In this document: one piece after another, positions 42,584-49,283 of the stretch | How positions within the stretch are numbered: position 1 is the stretch's first letter | Layout: the number at the start of each line of letters is the position of its first letter | Virus record (IMG/VR): IMGVR_UViG_3300045988_090630 | Strand: one strand, 5' to 3' | DNA: 50,865 nucleotides | Origin: a virus | The notes under the pieces: model-generated | What the model saw: only the letters and a program-made list of their open reading frames with translations | What the model was told of the DNA's origin: nothing | Database searches by the model: none | Made by a program: the position numbers and the translations under genes

Positions 42584-43155
42584 TTGTGTTCTTCCTTTCT
42601 GTTCAGGCGTTCCTTTTCGTATTCCCGCCAGAGGTTTTCGGCGGCGATCTTGCCCATAAAATGTTTATAGGCGAAATCCTTAGTTTTCAGGGGAGCGTTG
42701 TCCACCGGGCTGGGGAAGTCGATGGTGAACTTGTCCTCCGGGAAAATTACCCGGAGCCATTTAAGCTGGTAGCTTTCGCTCCGCTTGAGGCCGTGGCAGG
42801 TCCAGTAGTCCCGGTTGTTGGCGGTGGCCGCTGCTGCATCATTCCTGCCGTAGGTCGTCATCGCCATGAGCAGCTTCTGGAAACGCTTCTTGCTGCCACA
42901 GCGGAGGGCGTTGTCCGGGTAGATGTAAATGTCGAGGCGTTCCAGATCGGCACCGTCTGCGGAGCAGGTCGGTACAAGCCTTTCGATGTGGGCTGCGCAG
43001 AGGTGGAAGGGAGGAATATTAACCTCACGGTTAACTTGATCATATTCCGAGGTCGTCGTGACGCAGATCTCCCTGTCGCCGATCGGCACATGGATGGTGG
43101 TCTGGATCTCCACATGGTGAAGATCAGGAATGGTTACGGTAGGCTTTTCACTCAT
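42580..43155 (-). CDS. Hypothetical protein (191 aa)
   Basis: Internal ATG at 43155 (MSEKPTVTIP...) after AAAGGAGAG. Confidence 0.55.
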   Translation of the reverse strand: MSEKPTVTIPDLHHVEIQTTIHVPIGDREICVTTTSEYDQVNREVNIPPFHLCAAHIERLVPTCSADGADLERLDIYIYPDNALRCGSKKRFQKLLMAMTTYGRNDAAAATANNRDYWTCHGLKRSESYQLKWLRVIFPEDKFTIDFPSPVDNAPLKTKDFAYKHFMGKIAAENLWREYEKERLNRKEEHK

Positions 43156-43279
43156 TTTTGTATCTCTCCTTTTGCTCTTGCTCTGCCCGGTCGTCAGCTT
43201 CACCAGCTTTCCAGCAGAGAAGGTATCCAAAGACTTCGATGGCTACGAGGACTGCGATGGTCAGGATTGCTCCGAGCAT
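43148..43279 (-). CDS. Small membrane protein (43 aa), absent from the ORF track
   Basis: GGGAGGTG lies 8 nt before ATG 43279. Hand translation: MLGAILTIAVLVAIEVFGYLLCWKAGEADDRAEQEQKERYKNE. Confidence 0.45.
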   Translation of the reverse strand: MLGAILTIAVLVAIEVFGYLLCWKAGEADDRAEQEQKERYKNE

Positions 43280-43671
43280 TGACGACGCACCTCCCATTCT
43301 GCGCGGTCATTTGCACACTGGGTGCTGCGAAAAACCAACGGGTCGTTGTCAATGATGACGTTTCGGTCATCCCAGTATTCGTTTGCTCCGACTTTTCGAG
43401 GGTCCGTTCTGTAGGCTTTGCGCCACTCCGGGAGGTTCTCGTTGACCGCATCGAACTTCAGACCCCACTCTGCGCAAGCGGCGACGGCCTTTTCCAGCGA
43501 CCGCCCCTCCCGGCAGGTCCAGAGAATCAGCTTTGCGCCGTTGCTCTGTTCTTTCAGGGCTTGATGGATTGTGTCCCAGTTCGGATCTCCAATGTCGGGG
43601 TAGGCGTTCTGGCAGAGGATGCCATCAAAGTCGATTGCGATGGCATAGGGAATTTGCGAAGAATCAACCAT
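43261..43671 (-). CDS. HAD-like hydrolase (136 aa)
   Basis: IAIDFDGIL (DxDG motif). Internal ATG at 43671 after AAAGGA. Confidence 0.55.
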   Translation of the reverse strand: MVDSSQIPYAIAIDFDGILCQNAYPDIGDPNWDTIHQALKEQSNGAKLILWTCREGRSLEKAVAACAEWGLKFDAVNENLPEWRKAYRTDPRKVGANEYWDDRNVIIDNDPLVFRSTQCANDRAEWEVRRQCSEQS

Positions 43672-43888
43672 TGCTCTCATCCTTTCTTTTCTTTTTCGGG
43701 GTTGCCCGCTTCCGGGCGGGTGGTTTATCCTCAAGCTGCCCGCCGGGTGGCTTTCCCTCGGCGATAGCTTTGAGCAATTTTTGGTAGGCATCGTACACCG
43801 CCAGTTGCTGTGCCATACGCTGATACCGAGCCAGCTCTTCCGGGGTGCCGTCTAAAACCGGGGTGCCGTCCACGATGTAGATTTTCAA
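43664..43888 (-). CDS. Hypothetical protein (74 aa) with a basic C-terminus
   Basis: Track ORF. ATGA overlap with the helicase stop. Confidence 0.5.
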   Translation of the reverse strand: MKIYIVDGTPVLDGTPEELARYQRMAQQLAVYDAYQKLLKAIAEGKPPGGQLEDKPPARKRATPKKKRKDESNG

Positions 43889-45249
43889 AAGAACTGCCTC
43901 CAGTCATCGACCACCGTTTTAGCGAGATCCTCTTTTTTGCCGAGGGATTTGAGAATCGTGCTGTCGACAGTATTGTCGGCGACGATGTGTATGTAGGTGC
44001 AGACGTTACGCTGTCCGATGCGGTGGATGCGGGCGAGGCTCTGCGAGTAAGTGGCGTAGTTGAATGTGACGCTGTAGTAGACGCAGGTGTCGGCTGCGGT
44101 CAGGGTGATGCCGGTGCCCGCCGTGTCGATCTGGCCGACGAGAACCATCGTGGAGGGGTCTTTCTGGAACTGCTGGACGATGTCGCCCCGCTGCTCTTTC
44201 GGGATGGCTCCGTAAATGGCCACCGTTTTCATGCCGCTCTTTCCGATGATGTTCTCCGACCTTTTGATGATCTCCAAGACCTCCGGGATGAACCGGGCGA
44301 AGATCACCAATTTCTTTTTGCCCTCCAGAACGTAGTCTTGGATAATGTCCGAGAGGGCATCGAGCTTCCCGGTGCTGACCAGCTCCGGCTTGGCTGCATC
44401 GTCGGCGACGAGGAAGCCGCCAGTGAACTGCTGCAGCCGCAGGAGTTTGGTCAGAACCGTGGTGGCGGTGATCTTCCCGCCGTTGTCCAACTCGGTGAAG
44501 CTGTCCCGCCGCAGACGGTCGTAGATGGCCCGCTCTTTGGCCGAGAGAATGATGCTCCGGGTCTGGAACGTCTGCTCCGGCAAGTCCAGGGCTTCCTCTT
44601 TTGTCACCCGGTAGGCGATGGAATGCTCTTTGCGGATGAGTTCGTCGAGGTCCTTGTACTGGACGATCTGCTTGCGATTGAAGCCGCCCATCACGGCGTA
44701 GCGGTTGCGGAAGGCGTAGAAGTTGGTGCCGAAGATGGTTGGGTCGAGGAAGCGGTACTGACTGAAAATGTCCACCGCCTCGTTCTGCACCGGGGTGCCG
44801 GAGAGAATCAGCTTGTACCGGGCCTTGTCGCCCAGTTGGTGCATTGACTTGCTCTGGGCTGCATCGTGGGTCTTGATGCGCTGGCTCTCGTCCGCGATGA
44901 TCAGGTCGGCATCGTACTCCAGCAGCTTTTCAAAGATGCCATCCCGCCACGTCGATTCGTAGTTGATGACGGCCACCTTGAGGCTCTGGAAGGGAAACGC
45001 TTCGAGATCGGCGAGGGCCTTGAGACGTTGGGGTTTTGTGCCCAGCAGCGTCTTGACCGTGTACCTGAAGTCGGCATAGTCTGCAAATTCTTTCGGCCAG
45101 ACGGCGCAGACGGAGGTGGGGGCTACGATCAGAACCCGCTTGATCTTGCCGAGTTTGTACCCGGCCCCGGTGACGGCGATGGCGGTCAGGGTCTTGCCGC
45201 AGCCCATCTCAAAAAGGAAACCGAAACCTTTACCCATCGAATCCACCAC
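43885..45249 (-). CDS. SNF2-family helicase, C-terminal piece (from Walker A onward)
   Basis: Begins MVDSMGKGFGFLFEMGCGKT. Also IADESQRIK, LILSGTPVQN, TAGTGITLT and QSLARIHRIGQ. Lacks the upstream Q-motif segment. Confidence 0.85.
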   Translation of the reverse strand: MVDSMGKGFGFLFEMGCGKTLTAIAVTGAGYKLGKIKRVLIVAPTSVCAVWPKEFADYADFRYTVKTLLGTKPQRLKALADLEAFPFQSLKVAVINYESTWRDGIFEKLLEYDADLIIADESQRIKTHDAAQSKSMHQLGDKARYKLILSGTPVQNEAVDIFSQYRFLDPTIFGTNFYAFRNRYAVMGGFNRKQIVQYKDLDELIRKEHSIAYRVTKEEALDLPEQTFQTRSIILSAKERAIYDRLRRDSFTELDNGGKITATTVLTKLLRLQQFTGGFLVADDAAKPELVSTGKLDALSDIIQDYVLEGKKKLVIFARFIPEVLEIIKRSENIIGKSGMKTVAIYGAIPKEQRGDIVQQFQKDPSTMVLVGQIDTAGTGITLTAADTCVYYSVTFNYATYSQSLARIHRIGQRNVCTYIHIVADNTVDSTILKSLGKKEDLAKTVVDDWRQFF

Positions 45250-45493
45250 CCTCTATGAGTTTTCTTACGCCCCGAAGATCTGCGATGCCGTAGTTCCCAT
45301 CTATGCAATGGTGGACTACGTACAGTTCCGGGGAAAGAACCGGGAGCTGCTTTTTCGCTCTATTGTAAAAAAAGGCAGAATCAAGAAGTTCTTTTCGGGC
45401 AGTCTCCGGCTTTTTGCAAGTCGGGAGACCATCGTCGAAAATTGCCCCGCAAAGGCGGCACCTGTAGATCGGCACAAAAAAGTATTCTTTCAC
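45230..45493 (-). CDS. Hypothetical Cys-containing protein (87 aa, GTG start), inside the helicase interruption
   Basis: GTGA overlap with the previous stop. Sequence: YRCRLCG...HHCIDG. Confidence 0.5.
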   Translation of the reverse strand: MKEYFFVPIYRCRLCGAIFDDGLPTCKKPETARKELLDSAFFYNRAKKQLPVLSPELYVVHHCIDGNYGIADLRGVRKLIEGGGFDG

Positions 45494-45753
45494 TGGTTTG
45501 CCGCCGCCTTTCCTGTCCATGCACACTCGCTACACACAAACTTGGCGTTGGGGTAGATCTGCCGGACGAGTTCGGCGTTCCCAGTCTGAAGCCAGCAAGC
45601 CTGACCGCATACCGGGCAGGTCGCCGCTTTCCACTCCGGGTTGCAGGGGTTCGGGACGTTCTTGCGCAGGGGCATGGTGGCGAACACCGGGCGGGTGTCA
45701 TTGGCTGCTGCGGTCGCCGGGGCGATCTTGAGAAATGTTACCTTTCGTCTCAT
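45490..45753 (-). CDS. Hypothetical zinc-ribbon protein (87 aa), inside the helicase interruption
   Basis: ATG 45753 follows GGGAGGTG and overlaps the previous stop (ATGA). Sequence: CPVCG...CSEC. Confidence 0.5.
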   Translation of the reverse strand: MRRKVTFLKIAPATAAANDTRPVFATMPLRKNVPNPCNPEWKAATCPVCGQACWLQTGNAELVRQIYPNAKFVCSECAWTGKAAANQ

Positions 45754-46145
45754 CTGATTGCACCTCCCAGCAGCCGGGTACCGCACCAGTGGCAGTGCGA
45801 GTGGTGCGGGTTCACCCTGTGGTTGCAGTCCGGGCAGTGCCATACGCCGTCCTTTTTGACCGGCTGCGACGGCACCTCGTACTTGGCATGGAGGTTGCCC
45901 CAGTCCTGCAGGAGTTTCTTGCTCTGTGCGATGTAGCTGATTGCCTCGGCCACCGAGAAGCAGTTTTCCTCGCAGAGTTTCTTGATGATCTCGGTTGCTG
46001 CGTTGCAAGCGTCCACGTCGTCCTGCCAGATCTTCTTGTCGGGGTCCTGCTTCCCCTCGCCGGGGAGAAAGGATGCGCTGTTGTCCTTGATGCTGTCGAT
46101 ATGGCAGAGCAGCGAGGACAGGCTCATTTTGTGAATATCGCTCAT
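45750..46145 (-). CDS. Hypothetical protein with a C-terminal zinc ribbon (131 aa), inside the helicase interruption
   Basis: ATGA overlap with the N-terminal helicase piece. Sequence: WHCPDCNHRVNPHHSHCHWCG. Confidence 0.55.
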   Translation of the reverse strand: MSDIHKMSLSSLLCHIDSIKDNSASFLPGEGKQDPDKKIWQDDVDACNAATEIIKKLCEENCFSVAEAISYIAQSKKLLQDWGNLHAKYEVPSQPVKKDGVWHCPDCNHRVNPHHSHCHWCGTRLLGGAIR

Positions 46146-46507
46146 GTTGTGTTTCCTCCGTTCGGGTTAATCCACCCGAAAACTATTGCAGCCATGTTCG
46201 CCCCACGGACTTGATGCCGAAAAAGTTTCATCTTGACCGGGTAGTCCAGAAGCGGCTCCGGGCTGTCGTTCATGCGCTCCTGATCGACGGCGGCTGCCGT
46301 GTCGTGGAGGCTCTGGCGCAGGGCTTCAATGTGGGGCGGCAGATTGACGATGCTGGACAGCTTGTCCAGAAGCTCGATGTCTGCGGTGCCGGAGAGGGTC
46401 TGCGTGGTTTTCGACCACTTCATCTTGCCCCAGCTTTTGATCACCGCAAACTGGACGGTGTCGGCCTCTTTGATGAGCAGGGTGTTTTCTTTCAGGGCCA
46501 TTTTCAT
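46142..46507 (-). CDS. SNF2-family helicase, N-terminal piece (accessory domain plus Q-motif segment)
   Basis: Ends ...DYPVKMKLFRHQVRGANMAAIVFGWINPNGGNTT*. LFRHQ is the segment that normally lies ~25 aa before GxGKT. Confidence 0.65.
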   Translation of the reverse strand: MKMALKENTLLIKEADTVQFAVIKSWGKMKWSKTTQTLSGTADIELLDKLSSIVNLPPHIEALRQSLHDTAAAVDQERMNDSPEPLLDYPVKMKLFRHQVRGANMAAIVFGWINPNGGNTT

Positions 46508-46719
46508 CGATCTGCACCTCCATTCGCTCCCATGTACCGCTTGCGCCCCTTTTCACGGTGCCGGTCCTCATGGTCACGGTGATAAACGCCGAAGTTTCCG
46601 TTCATGGTTCGGTTGTAGGCGTTTTCTGCCTCCAACTCCTGCTTGTATCTCTGGTATCTTTCGCAGGTGTCGTGGCAGATCATGTGGCGAGATTCGCATT
46701 GAAAACAAGGCTTTGTCAT
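46504..46719 (-). CDS. Hypothetical Cys/His-rich protein (71 aa)
   Basis: Track ORF with CFQCESRHMICHDTC. Confidence 0.5.
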   Translation of the reverse strand: MTKPCFQCESRHMICHDTCERYQRYKQELEAENAYNRTMNGNFGVYHRDHEDRHREKGRKRYMGANGGADR

Positions 46720-46967
46720 TTCATGAATTCCTCCGGGGGTTCAAGCAGCGGATACCAACAGTAAAAATTTTCGGGGTTGTCTGCTACGGTGGAATACTGC
46801 CATTCATCGACGCATCCGAATTCTTTGTGAATGGCCAGAATACATCCGTTTCCGTTGGCATCTTCTTTGGTCGGTTTGACCTCCGATGCTTTACGCCAAA
46901 GGGATACAGCGGTAGTCGGTCGGATGACCGGGTTGCCAAGTTCATACATGAATCTAAATCCTCCCAT
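46716..46967 (-). CDS. DUF551-like phage protein
   Basis: C-terminus ...FYCWYPLLEPPEE resembles the DUF551 WxPlPePP ending. Confidence 0.5.
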   Translation of the reverse strand: MGGFRFMYELGNPVIRPTTAVSLWRKASEVKPTKEDANGNGCILAIHKEFGCVDEWQYSTVADNPENFYCWYPLLEPPEEFMK

Positions 46968-47238
46968 CTTTCCAAGCCCGGTATTTTCCGTAGCTCACGC
47001 CCAGCCGATTCGCTTCCCGGACATCGCTTTGAAGAGAATCCTCCGGGGCGTGTTTCGGCTTGGTCCGTTCTACGACCTCCAGCTTGTTGTTCTGAGCCTT
47101 TTTTCGGTCATGCTCGATCTGCCGGATGCGGAGGCAGGAATCGCAGAGTTTCTTGTTGCTGGCAACTCCGACCATCTTCTTTCCGCAGCGGGTGCAGGTC
47201 CGTGTCCATTTAAGGCTTTCGACTTTCGCCACGGTCAA
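46954..47238 (-). CDS. Hypothetical zinc-finger protein (94 aa)
   Basis: CTRCG...CDSC. Confidence 0.5.
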   Translation of the reverse strand: MTVAKVESLKWTRTCTRCGKKMVGVASNKKLCDSCLRIRQIEHDRKKAQNNKLEVVERTKPKHAPEDSLQSDVREANRLGVSYGKYRAWKDGRI

Positions 47239-47564
47239 CCCCTCCGTTCCTGCTGCGGATACTCAGGGTTTCGGGCGTGGTTCCGGGTGATCTTGCCGTA
47301 GCCTTTCGGCTTGCTCCACATCTTCCAAAGCTGGCGGCGGGCATCCTCCGAGACGATCCAGCCGGTGCAAGCTAGAAGCCCGATCAGGCCGATGGCGAGG
47401 CTAAAATAAAATGGTGCCCTTGCTGCTGCCCGGCCCCAGTCGTAACCGAAGCGCATCAAGATCTGGGTGGTGGTGTCCACTCCGAAGTTGAACGCCTTAC
47501 CAATAACGGCGAGGGCTGCTGCGACTGCTGCGGTAATGGCGGCTGTGACTTTTGCGTTTCTCAT
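47235..47564 (-). CDS. Membrane protein (109 aa, about 2 TM)
   Basis: Internal ATG at 47564 after GAAAGGAGGA. VTAAITAAVAAALAVIG and FYFSLAIGLIGLLACTGWIV. Confidence 0.55.
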   Translation of the reverse strand: MRNAKVTAAITAAVAAALAVIGKAFNFGVDTTTQILMRFGYDWGRAAARAPFYFSLAIGLIGLLACTGWIVSEDARRQLWKMWSKPKGYGKITRNHARNPEYPQQERRG

Positions 47565-47580
47565 GTATCCTCCTTTCGGT

Positions 47581-47781
47581 TCAGGCGATGCCCTTGGCGG
47601 CCCGATCCGCTTTCCAGCGTTCGTATTCGGCCCGGATCTCTGGGTTCTGAAACTCTCGCTGGATGGCATCAAAGACCAGTTGGCCGATGTTGGCCCGCTC
47701 TGCTTTGGGTATCTTCTTGGTGTCAAGTCGGGGCATCGTGCCGGTGGTCGGCACGGCCTTGAGGTTCTTTGTGCTGGCCAT
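47581..47781 (-). CDS. Hypothetical protein (66 aa)
   Basis: Internal ATG at 47781 (MASTKNLKAV...) after AAAGGAG. The rest of the 148-aa track ORF lies in the frame of a different gene. Confidence 0.5.
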   Translation of the reverse strand: MASTKNLKAVPTTGTMPRLDTKKIPKAERANIGQLVFDAIQREFQNPEIRAEYERWKADRAAKGIA

Positions 47782-47798
47782 CTGGCATGGCTCCTTTC

Positions 47799-47966
47799 TT
47801 AGGCGGTGCGGGCGATGCCCTTTTCCGCGAGTTCTGCGCCGATCAGCATAGATTCGACCATAAGGGCGAATACCGGGCGGGTCTCGCCCTTGACGCTGAT
47901 CAGAACATCTGCGAGCTTCTTTGCGTCCTTGATCTGGTCGCTGTCGTAGGTTTTCTTCTCGGTCAT
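47799..47966 (-). CDS. First early-operon gene (55 aa), absent from the ORF track
   Basis: AAAGGAGG lies 9 nt before ATG 47966. Hand translation: MTEKKTYDSDQIKDAKKLADVLISVKGETRPVFALMVESMLIGAELAEKGIARTA. Confidence 0.55.
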   Translation of the reverse strand: MTEKKTYDSDQIKDAKKLADVLISVKGETRPVFALMVESMLIGAELAEKGIARTA

Positions 47967-47998
47967 CTCTGTCAACCTCCTTTGTTGATTCTGTGATA

Positions 47999-48027
47999 AT
48001 TATATATCGCTCTGCGATGAAAGTCAA
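47999..48027 (-). promoter_or_regulatory. Early leftward promoter (PR-like)
   Basis: On the minus strand: TTGACT (48027-48022), 17-nt spacer, TATAAT (48004-47999). The spacer contains the palindrome ATCGC-TCT-GCGAT (48006-48018). Confidence 0.7.
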
Positions 48028-48047
48028 TAGAAAAGCAAAATTTTTTA

Positions 48048-48076
48048 TTGACTAGGTGATATTTTGATGTTATAAT
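48048..48076 (+). promoter_or_regulatory. Repressor promoter (PRM-like)
   Basis: TTGACT 48048-48053, 17-nt spacer, TATAAT 48071-48076. Confidence 0.7.
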
Positions 48077-48102
48077 GTAGACATGAAAGGAAGTGAACCG
48101 GG

Positions 48103-48585
48103 TTGAACACGAGAATTAAATTCCTGCGCAAAAATTCCGGCTTGACGCAGGAGAAATTCGCAGAGCGAATCGGCCTAAAGCAAAACTCCATCGCCCTGAT
48201 CGAGAGCGGGAAGAGGAACATTTCAGATCAGGCTATTCTCTCCATCTGCCGCGAGTTCGGCGTTCGGGAGGAATGGCTGCGGACTGGGAATGGCGAGATG
48301 TACGCCCCTGCGCCGACCAATGGGCTTGACCTTCTTGCCAAAGAAAAAAAGTTGACGCATGGCGAGTACATTCTCATAGAGAAGTTCGTCGGACTGAATC
48401 CAGAAACAAGAAAACGGATTCTGGATTATATTCAGGAGGTGTCCGCTGCTCTTTCTGCAGACGATATCCCTGCGGACGCTCCTGCTATTGATTGCCGGGA
48501 ATCCGCAGAAAGTCTCCATGCTGAACTGGACCGTCAGCTTGGCATTGAAAAAAAAGAAGCGGTGGACGGGTCCGAAGCCTCTTGA
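48103..48585 (+). CDS. CI-like XRE-family repressor (160 aa, apparent TTG start)
   Basis: LRKNSGLTQEKFAERIGLKQNSIALIESGKRN is HTH-like. Divergent from the early operon. No S24 peptidase motif was recognised. Confidence 0.75.
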   Translation: MNTRIKFLRKNSGLTQEKFAERIGLKQNSIALIESGKRNISDQAILSICREFGVREEWLRTGNGEMYAPAPTNGLDLLAKEKKLTHGEYILIEKFVGLNPETRKRILDYIQEVSAALSADDIPADAPAIDCRESAESLHAELDRQLGIEKKEAVDGSEAS

Positions 48586-48656
48586 TCTGGAAGCTGCGGC
48601 ACAAAAAGAAAATATGGAACGGCTGAGGGTCTCCCCTGTGAAGCCAAAAAGGAAAA

Positions 48657-48696
48657 AAGGGAGAGCCGTCCGTGTGGGCAGCTCTCCTTTTTTATA
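48657..48696 (+). terminator. Rho-independent terminator after the repressor gene
   Basis: GGAGAGC (48660-48666) / GCTCTCC (48681-48687), then TTTTTTA. Confidence 0.75.
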
Positions 48697-48717
48697 GTGT
48701 ATATCGTGAGGTGTGCT

Positions 48718-49245
48718 ATGGGGTTTAGGTACAGAAAATCTGTCAACGTCGGGCCGTTTCGCTTTACCGCCAGCAAGTCTGGAATTTCTACCAGCTTCGG
48801 CGGCAAGGGAGCGCGGATCACAAAAATGGCGAACGGAAGAACACGGACCACGTTCTCTGTTCCGGGCACGGGTATCTCTTATGTGAGCGAATCCGGGGCG
48901 AAGAAACGGCGTGCGGCTCCTGTTCAGAAGCCGCAGCGCATAGAAGGGCCGGAGCCTGTGGATCTCTCTATTTATAATCAGCCGGACAAGGTCGCGGCCC
49001 AGAAGCGTCCAAAGGACCCGAAACAGCCGCCGAAGTCTAAAGGCGCAGTGCGGAACGTCGGCATCGCTCTGGCGGTCGTTGGCCTTGCGGTCTGCATCGT
49101 GTCGCTCCCGGTTGGCTTGATCATTGTGGCCATTGGAGCGTACCGGGTGGCAAAGGCCGGGGATATTTATGACGCCGCGGTCGCTCGGTACGAGCAGCAA
49201 ATCTCGGACTATGTTGACTGGCTGGATGAAGTCAACGCAAAATAA
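48718..49245 (+). CDS. DUF4236-like protein with a C-terminal TM segment
   Basis: MGFRYRKSVNVGPFRFTASKSGISTSFGGKGARIT...PGTGISY. TM segment VGIALAVVGLAVCIVSLPVGLIIVAIG. Confidence 0.65.
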   Translation: MGFRYRKSVNVGPFRFTASKSGISTSFGGKGARITKMANGRTRTTFSVPGTGISYVSESGAKKRRAAPVQKPQRIEGPEPVDLSIYNQPDKVAAQKRPKDPKQPPKSKGAVRNVGIALAVVGLAVCIVSLPVGLIIVAIGAYRVAKAGDIYDAAVARYEQQISDYVDWLDEVNAK

Positions 49246-49283
49246 AAAAGCCGCCCTCGGTGGGCGGCGGGAGGTTGCTCTGA

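Noticed and set aside
45250-46141. Helicase interruption considered as an intein or self-splicing intron
   Set aside because: The insert is not in frame with the flanking pieces. It consists of three separately initiated, translationally coupled ORFs. At about 890 bp it is too small for a group II intron with an RT, and no intron-like core was seen. It is therefore kept as a genes-in-pieces finding.
47581-48027. 148-aa minus-strand ORF taken as one early gene
   Set aside because: Its N-terminal two-thirds is an R/D/E/G-rich frame overlapping a better-supported 55-aa gene with a strong RBS (47799..47966). Only the C-terminal 66 aa, with their own RBS and ATG at 47781, look genuine.
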